From Victivallales bacterium (GTDB lineage Bacteria > Verrucomicrobiota > Lentisphaeria > Victivallales > UBA1829): a stretch of 64,000 bases of DNA. Positions 39,104-49,679 of the stretch are shown here, in pieces. The stretch's first letter is position 1; every line of letters starts with the position of its first letter. Below the pieces are notes generated by a model. It was not told the origin of the DNA. It ran no database searches and was given only the letters and a program-made list of their open reading frames with translations. The stretch covers positions 2,386 through 66,385 of the forward strand of contig JAZKZE010000030.1 in assembly GCA_045612485.1 (NCBI GenBank), in the 5' to 3' direction. Made by a program: the position numbers and the translations under genes.

Positions 39104-40126
39104 ATGTTTGCAAAAGATCCTCTGCATCTGAAGCTGGATATTGCCCTTGAAAAACTGCTTGCCAAAAGGAAAGAACTTATTGCCAACCTTCCCAAAGGTG
39201 TCGCTTACGGTGCCCCTGCCGCCAGACGGCCGGAAGGATATGTGGAAGAAGATAAAGAACTTGGTGTACTGAACTTTGAATGGGCAGACCAGATCAGAAA
39301 GGAAAATGATGAATGTAATGAAGTCCTTTTTGAGATCCTTGCCGGTCTTCCCCGTTGTGACAGAAATACTCTCCCCAAACTTACCCCGGATAAAGTCTGG
39401 GTATGGGGCGGTCCCACTCCCCAGTGGGGCGGAAGTATGGCGGATGATACCCTTGTGAGGGGGGCGGATTATTTCAATGCGGAAAATGCTGTATATGTTT
39501 ACGGCCCCACCACAGACAAGATGATGCAGATGCACTCCAAATACAAAAAAATGCTCTGCCAGGTGAACTCCAACTGCCGTACAGCCGGAGCGTTGTATCA
39601 CTCTGAAGAAGAAAATGCGGCACTTTTGAGCGAACTTTCTCTCAAATACCCCAATATCGTCGGAGCCATGTGCGATGACTACTGTACCGGGACAAACCGT
39701 ATTCTTCTTCCCGAACGCTTTGAAAAGATCTACCGCGGCACGAAGAAGTACAATAAAGATCTGAAAGTATATGGCGTAGTTTATGCCCATGAACTTGCTG
39801 TCCGCAACTTCCAGCTCATTCAGGATTATGTGGATGTGGTCAACTTCTGGATCTGGAACAAAGATGAGATCCTTGATTACGACGAACATATCGCCCGTTG
39901 TCAGGAAAACTTCCCCGGCAAACCTATCATCCAGGGGATCTTTATCCATGAATACGGCAGAGCCGATGTGGGCAATCCTCCCGCACTTCTGGAATACCAG
40001 CTGGATAAGGCAAGAGAATATATGGCAAAAGGCGTGGTGGAAGGGATCATTATTCTCGGTGACAGAGAGATCAAAAAATGGCCGGAATCCGCTTCCGCAG
40101 TAAAGAATTATCTTCTGAATCAGTAA
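39104..40126 (+). CDS. Hypothetical cytoplasmic protein, probable TIM-barrel enzyme
   Basis: 340 aa, AGGAG RBS, clean codon usage. WVWGG, GAMCDD, VVYAHE and VDVVNFWIW form a beta/alpha pattern. Confidence 0.75.
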   Translation: MFAKDPLHLKLDIALEKLLAKRKELIANLPKGVAYGAPAARRPEGYVEEDKELGVLNFEWADQIRKENDECNEVLFEILAGLPRCDRNTLPKLTPDKVWVWGGPTPQWGGSMADDTLVRGADYFNAENAVYVYGPTTDKMMQMHSKYKKMLCQVNSNCRTAGALYHSEEENAALLSELSLKYPNIVGAMCDDYCTGTNRILLPERFEKIYRGTKKYNKDLKVYGVVYAHELAVRNFQLIQDYVDVVNFWIWNKDEILDYDEHIARCQENFPGKPIIQGIFIHEYGRADVGNPPALLEYQLDKAREYMAKGVVEGIIILGDREIKKWPESASAVKNYLLNQ

Positions 40127-40149
40127 GATGCTGTTTCTGTAAAATAAAC

Positions 40150-40191
40150 AAAGATCCTGTCAGAAAATACTTTCCGGCAGGATCTTTTTTT
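40150..40191. terminator. Bidirectional intrinsic terminator
   Basis: AAAGATCCTG...CAGGATCTTT followed by a T run. Confidence 0.8.
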
Positions 40192-40215
40192 GACCTGTTT
40201 TTTACAGTCCGGGAC

Positions 40216-40836
40216 TTATTTGAATTTTTTCCTGACCATGGAGGCAAGCAACTTTGCTGTTTGTGCTGTTTCAGAAAGAGGCTTGCCCGGTTTGTAAAGA
40301 GCGCCTCCTATGCCTGCTCCGCAGGCAACATCCAGGAAGGATACAAAGTTTTCTGTTGTTACGCCGCCTACTGCCATAATGGGAGTTTTGATGACCGCTT
40401 TCAAATCTTTGATGTAGGAAGGGCCCAGACAGGCGGGAAAAAGTTTCAGATAGTCCGCTCCGGCTTTGACCGCTTTGAACCCCTCTGTAGCGGTAAAGAA
40501 ACCCGGTATGGAAACAAGGGAGAGGGCTTTTGTTTCTTTGATGACCTCTTCATCAGTATTGGGAGAGATGATAAACTTTCCGCCGGAAGCCTTTACATTC
40601 AGCACATCTTCCTTCGTAAGGACGGTACCCGCCCCCACCATCTGACGTGTACCGCAATAGTCAACAGCCTCCCGGATGCGGGAAAAGGCATCCGGGGTAT
40701 TGAGAGGGATTTCCAGAAGTTTGATCCCCGCATCATAAAGAGCATCGCAAACCGGAAGAAGCTCTTCTTTACGGATCCCCCGGAGAATGACAACAATGGG
40801 CATTTCCTTCAGGAAGGTATCAAACTTTTCTTTCAT
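40216..40836 (-). CDS. KDPG/KDPGal aldolase (DgoA/Eda family)
   Basis: ILRG, EIPLNTP, GAGTV, SPN, PG...TE, LKLFPA, AVGGV. Confidence 0.9.
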   Translation of the reverse strand: MKEKFDTFLKEMPIVVILRGIRKEELLPVCDALYDAGIKLLEIPLNTPDAFSRIREAVDYCGTRQMVGAGTVLTKEDVLNVKASGGKFIISPNTDEEVIKETKALSLVSIPGFFTATEGFKAVKAGADYLKLFPACLGPSYIKDLKAVIKTPIMAVGGVTTENFVSFLDVACGAGIGGALYKPGKPLSETAQTAKLLASMVRKKFK

Positions 40837-40868
40837 ATATCCCTCTCTTTCTGTATTATTCAGAATGA

Positions 40869-41969
40869 TTATCTCTGTACTCTTCCGGATGCAGAGCCTT
40901 TCATCAGATTTTCCACTTCTTTCCGGGAGGAGAAATTGTAATCTCCGGAAATGGTGTGTTTCAATGCACTTGCGGCGACTGCAAAGCGTATGGCATCAGC
41001 AGGGGCGGCAAGTTCTTCTGTATTCAGAGCAAAAAGAAGTCCGGCGCAGAAGGAATCGCCTCCGCCGAATCTGTCCACGATGTCCTTTATTTCATAGGGA
41101 GCGTAAGTTTTATCAGCGGCAAGAGGAGCAAAAAATGCTTCTTTTGCTCCGCAGTCATAGAGCATACCGCCCCAGTTGTTGTGGTCGGCAGAGATACTTT
41201 CCCGCAGAGTGATGGCAACAAATTTTGCCTTGGGGAATTTTGCGGAAAGAAGTGCGGCTACTTCCCTGTAGCCCTCAATATTCAATTCCCCTTTTTCAAT
41301 GGAAGTATTGCTGGCATTGATCCCGAAAACATCGGAAGCATCCTCTTCGTTTCCGATAATGATATCTGCCAGGGGAACGATCTGACTCATACAGCGGTTT
41401 GCCAGAACATTTTTTGCAGTCCCTTCCTCCCAGTTCCAGAGTTTTTTACGGTAGTTGAGGTCAATGGAAATGGTGATATTCTTTTCCGCCGCCTTCTGTG
41501 CAACAGCAAGGGTGGAAAGAAAGGCATTTTTTGTGAGAGAGGGGGTGATCCCGGAAAGATGCAGATGGGTGACTCCTTCCAGCATGGCGTCAAAATCGTA
41601 CTCTTCCGGAGCAAGAAGAGATATGGTGGAGCCTTCCCGGTCATAGACCACATTGGAGCCTCTCATATTGGAACCGTGTTCGGCAAAATAGATCCCCATT
41701 CTGCCTTTTTTGCTGTAAAGGATCCTGCTTACATCGCAGCCCATACCCGCCAGCTGTGCGGCAAAACCTCTGGAAACGGGATTATCCGGCAATCCTGTAA
41801 GGTATCTGCTTTTTCCGCCAAGCACGGCAAAGGAGGCACATACATTGGCTTCCCCGCCGCCGTAACACGCCTGCAATTCCCCCGGAAGAACCTGGGCAAA
41901 ACGTTTTTTCCCTTCCGGACTGAGCCGGAGCATGACTTCACCGAAACCGGCAATAAGAACTTCTTTCAT
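40869..41969 (-). CDS. kdgK: 2-dehydro-3-deoxygluconokinase (PfkB family)
   Basis: FGEVMLRLSP, GGGEANV, SGITP, DLNYR, NEED, DRFGGGDSF, KHTISGD. Confidence 0.88.
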   Translation of the reverse strand: MKEVLIAGFGEVMLRLSPEGKKRFAQVLPGELQACYGGGEANVCASFAVLGGKSRYLTGLPDNPVSRGFAAQLAGMGCDVSRILYSKKGRMGIYFAEHGSNMRGSNVVYDREGSTISLLAPEEYDFDAMLEGVTHLHLSGITPSLTKNAFLSTLAVAQKAAEKNITISIDLNYRKKLWNWEEGTAKNVLANRCMSQIVPLADIIIGNEEDASDVFGINASNTSIEKGELNIEGYREVAALLSAKFPKAKFVAITLRESISADHNNWGGMLYDCGAKEAFFAPLAADKTYAPYEIKDIVDRFGGGDSFCAGLLFALNTEELAAPADAIRFAVAASALKHTISGDYNFSSRKEVENLMKGSASGRVQR

Positions 41970-42061
41970 ATTTTCTCCTTGTAAGGTTTGTACTGTTGTA
42001 TTCCTGCTATAATAATATACCTGTTTTCCAGTATTTCAAGTATTTTTTTCCGTAAAAAAAG

Positions 42062-43063
42062 TTATTTTACACAGTTTATAAGCCCTGTATGGATGGCAAT
42101 GCACCAGATTGCGGAAAGAATGATCCACAATATCACTCCCTGAATGACCGGTTTCAGACCAAGTTCCTTCAGCTTTTCTTTGCTCAGATTTCCGCCGATG
42201 AGATAAAGGGTGGTGATCATAAGGTATTTTGAAATATTTTTCAGGTGACTGCCGCAGGATGTGACAATTTCTTCCGTTGCCGGAAAAAGTTTCGGCAGAA
42301 AGGTGACAAATGCCGCCGCAAGAAGAAAGCCGGGGATGAACCAGGGGACTTTCCATTTGATTTTCCTCTTTTCCCCCTCCTCATCTTTTTCTGCAATAAA
42401 ACAGCTTAAAAAGACAGTGACAGGAACGATCCACAATGCACGGGCAAGTTTGATGGTCGTTCCCACTTCCAGTGCTTCCTCCCCGTATGCCATAGCCGCT
42501 CCCACAACGGAGGAGGTGTCATGGATACCCAATGCGGCAAAATAACCGAATTGCGTCTGGGTGAAATGCAAGGCTTTGCCCACAAAGGGAAAGACCCACA
42601 ATGCAATGGCGTTCAGGGCAAAGACCACCGCAGAAGCCATGGCGATCTCATGGGATTTTGCTTTCAATGCCGGGGCGGCAGCGGCAATGGCACTTCCGCC
42701 GCAGATGGAGGTGCCTACTCCGATAAGGTAAGAGGTATTTTTCTGTACTTTCAGGATCTTTCCCAGAAGAGTTCCCAGACCGATCCCCATAACGATCCCG
42801 GCAAAGGTATAGAGGAAACCGTTTGCTCCTGCACGCAATACTTCAATAAGGTTCATGCCGAAACCCATGCCAACGATCGTTGCCCCCAGCAGATTGGAGG
42901 TCATTTTTGAGGTCTTCTCCCGGAAGGGATTGCCGATAAAAATGGAAAAGAGTATTCCGCAGAGGACGGCAAGTCCGGGTGCAAAATTTCTTGTTGCTGG
43001 GATAAAAGCCGGCACAAGGAAAAAGGCGGCTCCGAGGGCAGAAAAAGAGATTTTTTTGAGCAT
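42062..43063 (-). CDS. YeiH / putative sulfate exporter family membrane protein
   Basis: GTSICGGSAIAA, IHDTSSVVGA, KLARALWI, PWFI. Confidence 0.9.
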   Translation of the reverse strand: MLKKISFSALGAAFFLVPAFIPATRNFAPGLAVLCGILFSIFIGNPFREKTSKMTSNLLGATIVGMGFGMNLIEVLRAGANGFLYTFAGIVMGIGLGTLLGKILKVQKNTSYLIGVGTSICGGSAIAAAAPALKAKSHEIAMASAVVFALNAIALWVFPFVGKALHFTQTQFGYFAALGIHDTSSVVGAAMAYGEEALEVGTTIKLARALWIVPVTVFLSCFIAEKDEEGEKRKIKWKVPWFIPGFLLAAAFVTFLPKLFPATEEIVTSCGSHLKNISKYLMITTLYLIGGNLSKEKLKELGLKPVIQGVILWIILSAIWCIAIHTGLINCVK

Positions 43064-43196
43064 AGATAAATCATCCTGTAAAATAATAAAAACAAAGTTC
43101 AGAATAATATACATCCAACAAGGGAAAAATCAAACAGGAGTGGGGATTTTTCTGTTCAGATCTTTGCAGGGAAACAAACTGTTTTCTGTTTCTGTG

Positions 43197-44405
43197 TCAT
43201 GTAAAAGAATTGCTCTTCTGCTTTTTTACCATGTGGATGATAAACGGGATCATCAGGAACATCAGAAAGGCTCCGGTAACATAAACACCCCGGACGCCGC
43301 AGGTCCAGACCACCGTTCCGCTTAATACCGCACTTACCAGTCCGCCAGCCTGATGGATACTGCTGCCCCAGCCAAGATACGTCCCTTTCAGTTCCGGATC
43401 TGTGGAAGAGGAAAGCCACATCATCAGAAGCGGGTGGATACATCCGCTTGCCATAGCCGAAAGAAAACGGATGGAGACAAGCATATAGATATTTCCGGAA
43501 AAGGGGAGAATGAAGGAGAGCAATACTGTTATTGCCAGAGCGGAAAGCAGGAGTTTGAAATGGCGGATCTTATTGCTTATCCAGCCGAAAAGGCAACCGG
43601 AAAGCAAGCCGCCCGATGCGGCAATTATGCTTGTAGTCCCCGTCCAGAATGCCGCATTTTTCTGTCCGTTGACCACTTCAACAAGCATGGCGGCAAATGG
43701 CTGGGTGATCCGGTTTGCCATTCCCAGAAGGAGAAAAAGGACCATAATGCCGGCGACTGCCGGGGAGGCAAGATCCCGTATGGAAAAGAGTTTTTTTCTT
43801 TTTTCCTTTTTTACTTTTGTTTCCTGTCTGACAAAGTTATCCTTTACAAAAAACTGTACCAGAAGGCCGCCTGCGATATAAAGGGCTCCGCAGCTTAAAA
43901 ATGCCGCTTTATACCCGAATAATTCCACAATGATCCCGCCGCAGAAATAGCCGATCATGTGGCCGCTTGTGGTAGCAGTGGAAAATACTCCCAGAACATA
44001 GCCGTGTTTTTCTGCCGGTGCCGTTGCCAGAAGCAGAGTCCTCGCCGGATTGGCAGTTCCGGAAAAGAAGGAACAGAGAAAACGGATGCCGATCAGAGTA
44101 TATATATCCGGGGCAAAACACAGCAGGGGGTAAAGCAGAGCCGCTCCGAAATTAGCTCTTAAAAGCATGAGTTTTCTGCCGAATTTATCTGCCAGCATTC
44201 CCCAGAGTGCTGTGGCAATACATAAACTTGTCAAACCGGCAAAGGCGAATGCGGAAACATATACTCCGCGTACACTTTCCTCCACTTTCAATACTTCCCG
44301 CATGAAAAGAGGAATGAAAGGCATACAAAGTCCGAACCCTGCTGTGGCAAGAAGCTGGGAAAGCCAGACGAAAAAGAGATTTTGTTTCCAGTTTATATTG
44401 ATCAT
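43197..44405 (-). CDS. MFS transporter (MdtG/DHA1-like)
   Basis: WKQNL, PFIPLF, WGMLADKFGRKLMLLRA, about 12 TM. Start placed at ATG 44405 after GAGGA. Confidence 0.88.
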   Translation of the reverse strand: MININWKQNLFFVWLSQLLATAGFGLCMPFIPLFMREVLKVEESVRGVYVSAFAFAGLTSLCIATALWGMLADKFGRKLMLLRANFGAALLYPLLCFAPDIYTLIGIRFLCSFFSGTANPARTLLLATAPAEKHGYVLGVFSTATTSGHMIGYFCGGIIVELFGYKAAFLSCGALYIAGGLLVQFFVKDNFVRQETKVKKEKRKKLFSIRDLASPAVAGIMVLFLLLGMANRITQPFAAMLVEVVNGQKNAAFWTGTTSIIAASGGLLSGCLFGWISNKIRHFKLLLSALAITVLLSFILPFSGNIYMLVSIRFLSAMASGCIHPLLMMWLSSSTDPELKGTYLGWGSSIHQAGGLVSAVLSGTVVWTCGVRGVYVTGAFLMFLMIPFIIHMVKKQKSNSFT

Positions 44406-44611
44406 ATATATGTTTCCTCTGCATATTCCGGTAATATAATCCTTTATTTGTGTTTTACAAGCTGAACAATATAAGATTTCTGTCAGGCGGAAAATATATA
44501 TATTTCTGCTTGCTTTTAACAGACAGAAGTATATATTACTTTTCAATATATATTTTTTTTCTTTTTCCGGGGAAAACGGAAAATCAACTTTTATAAAACA
44601 GAAGGTGAAAA

Positions 44612-46279
44612 ATGGTGAATTTGAATGGAATTTGGGATTTTGCTTTTTTCAGGGATAAAGCACTGGAGGAGATCGAATATGAAAAAGTTGAATTTACAGG
44701 AGTGATGAATGTTCCCGGATGTTTTGAAGAGTTTACTTCATATCACAGGGGAACAGCTGTTTACCACCGTACTTTTGAACTGGAAAAAGAGGAACTTCGT
44801 CCGGTTCTGCGTGTAGAGGGCGCAGGGCAGAGAGTCAGATTTTTTGTTGACGGGAAAATGGTGGAGTTTCTTCCGCTTCCCTACTCTGTCCTGGAAAGTC
44901 CTCTGGAAAAACTTGATGCCGGTAAACATGAGATCATTGCCCTTGTTGACAACCGTTTCGATCCGGAAAAATTGAAACTTGTCCGGCCGGATTTTGATTA
45001 TTATTCCTACGGCGGATTTTTTGACGGAATTTCCCTTTTGTTCCGTACTTCCCCCTGTTCCCTTGACCGGGTGAAGATCACAACAGAAGATTTTGAAAAA
45101 GGTATTGTGGGACTTGAGTTCATCTTTTCAGGAGTTGTTCCGGAAACTGCGGAAGTGCAATATGCTTTTGATGATGAAGAAGAGTTCCGTAATGTTACTG
45201 TGAATCGTGGCGAAAAACTGCTCTGCCATGTTCCCTGCTGCAAATTGTGGAGTCCGGAAACACCCTTTCTGCATACTCTGAAAGTAAAATTCAATGGAAA
45301 CACCCTCCGGGAAACTTTCGGGGTCCGGACTGTTGCTGTTAAAGGTAAAAAACTTCTGCTGAACGGTAAAGAACTTTTCCTCAAAGGTTTCAACCGCCAC
45401 AACTCCTGTGCTGTTTCCGGGGCTGCTGTACCGGCGGAGATCATGCTTCTTGATTTGAAACATCTGAAAGATATGGGGTGTAACTTCGTCCGGGGGGCGC
45501 ACTACAAACAGAGCCGCACTTTCCTTGAATTGTGTGACCGTATGGGGATTCTTGTCTGGGAGGAAAGTTACGGCTGGCAGTACAGACCGGAGGAGTTTCA
45601 GGATCCTTCCTTCTGTTTTCTTGTAAAAGAGCAGACACAAATGATGATACAGGAGGATTTCAATCACCCCTGTATTATTTTCTGGGCGTTTATGAATGAG
45701 TTTTACTCCGGAACTTTTGAAGGCAGGAAAATGGCGGAAGAACTTGCTTCATTGATCCGCAGAGAAGATCCTTCCAGACTTGTTACATTTGCCTGCAGCC
45801 ATATCAAAGCGGATATCTGCTGTGACCTTTGTGATGTGATCGCATTCAATACTTATCCCGGCTGGAATGAAGTTTCCATGGATGAACCTGTGAAACTCCT
45901 TCAGGAAAATCTGGAGGATATTACCGCATTTTTCCGTGAAAAATATCCGGAAAAACCCCTTATGGTGGGGGAAATGGGGCTTTGTGCCGAATACGGCAGA
46001 AGAGATCCTTACGGGGCGCAATGGACAGAAGAGTTCCAGGCAGAATTTTATTCTGCTGTTGCCCGCTGGGTGCTTGCATCCCCGGAATATTGCGGACTTA
46101 CCTTCTGGCAGTTGAATGATGCAAAAAGTTATTGCAGAAAAGGTGCTCCCGTGCGGGTAAAACCCTTCGGAATGAATCTTGCCGGGGTCTATGATGTTTA
46201 CCGCCGTCCGAAACTTGCTGCTGCCGCAGTGGGGGAACTCTTTAAAGGTACAGGCGATGGTTTCAGACTTGAAGAGTGA
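44612..46279 (+). CDS. GH2, beta-glucuronidase-like; paralogue of 33021..34670
   Basis: LNGIWDF, VPGCF, DYYSYGG, GFNRH, RGAHY, NHPCIIFWAFMNE, VGEMG, RRPK. Confidence 0.87.
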   Translation: MVNLNGIWDFAFFRDKALEEIEYEKVEFTGVMNVPGCFEEFTSYHRGTAVYHRTFELEKEELRPVLRVEGAGQRVRFFVDGKMVEFLPLPYSVLESPLEKLDAGKHEIIALVDNRFDPEKLKLVRPDFDYYSYGGFFDGISLLFRTSPCSLDRVKITTEDFEKGIVGLEFIFSGVVPETAEVQYAFDDEEEFRNVTVNRGEKLLCHVPCCKLWSPETPFLHTLKVKFNGNTLRETFGVRTVAVKGKKLLLNGKELFLKGFNRHNSCAVSGAAVPAEIMLLDLKHLKDMGCNFVRGAHYKQSRTFLELCDRMGILVWEESYGWQYRPEEFQDPSFCFLVKEQTQMMIQEDFNHPCIIFWAFMNEFYSGTFEGRKMAEELASLIRREDPSRLVTFACSHIKADICCDLCDVIAFNTYPGWNEVSMDEPVKLLQENLEDITAFFREKYPEKPLMVGEMGLCAEYGRRDPYGAQWTEEFQAEFYSAVARWVLASPEYCGLTFWQLNDAKSYCRKGAPVRVKPFGMNLAGVYDVYRRPKLAAAAVGELFKGTGDGFRLEE

Positions 46280-46303
46280 GACAAAAAAATGAGAGGAAAT
46301 TTT

Positions 46304-48316
46304 ATGGAGAAAAAATTGGATATAAGGTTCCGGCAGGTACATCTGGATTTCCATACTTCGCCTTTGATCCCCGGTATAGGGACAGAATTTGATAAAAAAC
46401 AATGGCAGGAAAACTTGAAAATGGCTCATGTGGATTCCATTACCTGTTTTTCCTGCTGTCATCACGGCTGGAGTTATCACCCTACGGAAGTTGGGGCAAT
46501 GCATCCGGAACTTTCTTTTGATCTCTTGCGGGAACAGATGGATGCTTCCCATGAGATCGGAATAAAAGTTCCCATCTATCTTACCGCCGGGATCAATAAC
46601 CGTATTGCGGAACTTAATCCCGGCTGGCGGGAGATCAACTTTGAAGGACAGCTGGTGGGCTGGGCACGTTCCCCACTCAAGGCGGGATTCAAAACTCTCT
46701 GTTTCAATACTCCTTATCTGGATTTTCTTGCCCGTCTGACAGAGGAGGCCGCCAAACTTTTTCCGGATGCCGACGGAATGTTTTTCGATATCATTTCCCA
46801 GAATCAGTGCTGTTGTCCCTGCTGTATGCGGGACATGAGAAAAATGGGATTTGATCCGGCTAAGGAAGAGGACAGAAAACATTTTTCCGATACTGTCCTG
46901 CGTAAATATTTCAGAAAAATCACCGATGCGGCAAGAAGTGTGAACAGTGATCTGAATGTATTCCACAACTTTTCATGGCTGGGGGATCCGGGCAATGAGG
47001 ATGTATATAACTATGTAAGTCACATTGAATCCGAATCCCTGCCCACAACCGGTTTTACCGGATATGATGCTTTCCCCATGTGTGCCGCGTTCAGCCGGGG
47101 GAACAAGGAAAAAGCCCTTGTGGGGATGACAGGAAAATTCCATACCCACTGGGGAGAATTCGGTGGCTTTAAATCAGCGGATGCTCTGCGTTATGAGTGT
47201 GCCGCCATGATCGCCCAGGGGGCAGCTTGCAGTATCGGCGATCAGCTGCATCCCTGCGGTAAACTGGATGAAAGCACTTACAAACTTATCGGCAAAGCCT
47301 ACAGGGAAGTGGAGGAAAAAGAACCCTGGTGCAGAAATGCTCAAAGCAGTGCGTTCTTTGCTGTTCTCTCTTCCCGCTGGTTCAAAAGAACTCTTGTGCC
47401 GGACAGAAATACTGATCTGGGAATTGCCAGGATTTTGCGGGAAGGACATATACCTTTTGATATGCTGCGGGATATTGATGCGGAAAAAATCTTCCGTTAC
47501 AAAGTATTGATCCTTGCTGATGAAATCCGTCTGGATAAAAAATGGCGGGCTAATATCCGGGAATTTCTTGCAAATGGCGGCAAGATCATCCTTTCCGGAG
47601 AGTCTCTCCTGAAAAAAGAGGAGGATATTCCCGCCTTTGATATTGGAATATGTGAAGGGGAAAGTACGCAGTACCCCAACTACATTCAGGCGGAAGAAAT
47701 GTTTGCTCCGCAGGACATCCATACCCCCTTTGTCATGTATATGCCCTCCATGAATTTCAGAAAGACAAAAGGTGAAAGTCTGGGGAAAATTTTTGAACCT
47801 TATTTTGTCCGTTCCTATGAACATTTCTGTTCCCATGCCCATACTCCCTTTAAAACAGTTTCTTCCTGCTTTGACGCAGGGACGGTGACGGAAAATATCC
47901 TTTATTTTGCCCATAAAATTTTCCGCAATTATGCGTTGTACGGCAATGTGATTTTGAAAGATTTTATTCTGAAATGTATTTATGCCTTTGCAGGAGATGA
48001 GGCGGGAATAAGAACAAATCTTCCTTCAACGGCAAGAGTTACTTTGATGCAGCAGAAAGAGGAAAAAAGGTATATAGCTCACGCTCTTTATGCCAATATC
48101 ATCCCCAGGGGAACTCCGGAAGGACATTTTACACTTCTTATTGATGAGATCATTCCTTTGTATCACGTGGAATTTTCCTTTACACTGCCGGAAAAGATAA
48201 AGAAAGTAACTCTTGAACCGGAAGGAAAAGAGATCCCCTTTACGGAAAAAGAGGGAAAGATCCTTCTGATTCTGGAAAAGCTGGATTGTCACGCCATGAT
48301 GGTATTACATTACTGA
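46304..48316 (+). CDS. GH151-like alpha-L-fucosidase with beta-galactosidase trimerisation-like domain
   Basis: FRQVHLDFHTS, CHHGWSY, DGMFFDI, ESLPT, GMTGKFHTHWGEFGG, IGDQLHP. Confidence 0.8.
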   Translation: MEKKLDIRFRQVHLDFHTSPLIPGIGTEFDKKQWQENLKMAHVDSITCFSCCHHGWSYHPTEVGAMHPELSFDLLREQMDASHEIGIKVPIYLTAGINNRIAELNPGWREINFEGQLVGWARSPLKAGFKTLCFNTPYLDFLARLTEEAAKLFPDADGMFFDIISQNQCCCPCCMRDMRKMGFDPAKEEDRKHFSDTVLRKYFRKITDAARSVNSDLNVFHNFSWLGDPGNEDVYNYVSHIESESLPTTGFTGYDAFPMCAAFSRGNKEKALVGMTGKFHTHWGEFGGFKSADALRYECAAMIAQGAACSIGDQLHPCGKLDESTYKLIGKAYREVEEKEPWCRNAQSSAFFAVLSSRWFKRTLVPDRNTDLGIARILREGHIPFDMLRDIDAEKIFRYKVLILADEIRLDKKWRANIREFLANGGKIILSGESLLKKEEDIPAFDIGICEGESTQYPNYIQAEEMFAPQDIHTPFVMYMPSMNFRKTKGESLGKIFEPYFVRSYEHFCSHAHTPFKTVSSCFDAGTVTENILYFAHKIFRNYALYGNVILKDFILKCIYAFAGDEAGIRTNLPSTARVTLMQQKEEKRYIAHALYANIIPRGTPEGHFTLLIDEIIPLYHVEFSFTLPEKIKKVTLEPEGKEIPFTEKEGKILLILEKLDCHAMMVLHY

Positions 48317-48330
48317 GGAATGTCGGAGAA

Positions 48331-48377
48331 CCTGTAAAAACGTTTTTTCTTCCTTCCGGAAAGAACGTTTTTGCAGG
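48331..48377. terminator. Long hairpin after the GH151-like gene
   Basis: CCTGTAAAAACGTT ... AACGTTTTTGCAGG. No strong U-tract. Confidence 0.45.
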
Positions 48378-48405
48378 AATAATGGAAAATGCCTTTCTTT
48401 CTGTC

Positions 48406-48433
48406 TTGAAATAACGGTGGATAATGGTATATT
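48406..48433 (+). promoter_or_regulatory. Sigma70-type extended -10 promoter
   Basis: TTGAAA, 16-bp spacer ending TGG, TATATT. AAGGAG RBS before ATG 48480. Confidence 0.45.
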
Positions 48434-48479
48434 AGTTTGAAAATAAGTATTTTTATTATTATAAAAAGGAGTTGATCAA

Positions 48480-49679
48480 ATGAAAAAACTTTCTGTTGCT
48501 GTTACCGGATGCTCTCTGGTGGATTCCCTCTATGCTAATGTGAATACTTCCGCCGGTGCTTTTCAGACTCTCCGTTCAAAGAAAAACGGTGACGGCGGTC
48601 TGAAGGAAGGGGAACTTACTTTTGCCGATGCACTGGAAAAATTCAGCGGCAAAAAATATGATAAGATCCTGGAAGCACTCACCAACGGGGAAAAGCCCAC
48701 AGCCAGAAATCTGGGAGGTCCTGCCATCGTCGGTGCCATCAATGCTGCCCAGGCGCTCTACTCTCTGCCTGTGGAGTTCTCCTTCTACGGTGCCACCGGA
48801 AAAGATGAAAAAGGTAAATTCATCCGTTCCATCATCAAAAAGACTCCTGTGGATATCAAAAACTATGTGGAAGTAAAGGGTGATACCCCCGGTACAGATG
48901 TGATCTCCGATCCTGCCGCAAACAACGGCAAAGGGGAACGCACCTTCATTAATACCATCGGTGCCTGTTACAACTATACCCCCTCTGATCTTCCGGAAAG
49001 TTTCTATAAATCCGACATCGTCTGGGTGGGAGCTACTGCCCTTGTTCCCGGGCTTCACACAAAACTTACCTCCATTCTGAAAAAAGCCAAAAAGAATGGA
49101 GCTGTCACCATCGTCAATACCGTTTATGACTTTATCAATGAAAGAAAGAATCCTGATAAAGCATGGCCCATGGGCGATGGCGTGGAAGCATACAAATATA
49201 TCGACCTTCTTCTTATGGACTGGGAAGAAGCCCGCCGCCTTTCCGGAAAAGAATTTTTCGGTGAGATCATGGGCTTTTTCATGGAATCCGGCGTAGGAGC
49301 TTTTGCCATTACCAGAGGCGCACATGCTTTCTTTGTATGGAGTAGCGGAAAGATCTTTTCTGAAGTGGAACTTACCGAAATGCCTGTTTCCGCCAAAGTG
49401 GATGAGATCCTTGCCGCCCATCCGGAAAAGAAGGGCGATACCACCGGATGCGGTGACAACTTTGCCGGTGGATTCGTTTCCTCCCTCCTGCGTCAGCTTG
49501 CCAATGGAAAAGAACCCGGTACTCTGGATATTTATGATGCGTCCGCATGGGCTGCCGCTTCCGGCGGATTTGCCATCTTTACTGTGGGCGGAACCTACAT
49601 CGAAAAGAAAAAAGGCGAAAAACAGGCAAAATTGCAGGAATTGCGTGATGCCTATATGCTTCAGATCAACCGTGTCTGA
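48480..49679 (+). CDS. PfkB family carbohydrate kinase
   Basis: NLGGP, ERTF, ITRG, DTTGCGDNFAGG. Confidence 0.88.
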   Translation: MKKLSVAVTGCSLVDSLYANVNTSAGAFQTLRSKKNGDGGLKEGELTFADALEKFSGKKYDKILEALTNGEKPTARNLGGPAIVGAINAAQALYSLPVEFSFYGATGKDEKGKFIRSIIKKTPVDIKNYVEVKGDTPGTDVISDPAANNGKGERTFINTIGACYNYTPSDLPESFYKSDIVWVGATALVPGLHTKLTSILKKAKKNGAVTIVNTVYDFINERKNPDKAWPMGDGVEAYKYIDLLLMDWEEARRLSGKEFFGEIMGFFMESGVGAFAITRGAHAFFVWSSGKIFSEVELTEMPVSAKVDEILAAHPEKKGDTTGCGDNFAGGFVSSLLRQLANGKEPGTLDIYDASAWAAASGGFAIFTVGGTYIEKKKGEKQAKLQELRDAYMLQINRV

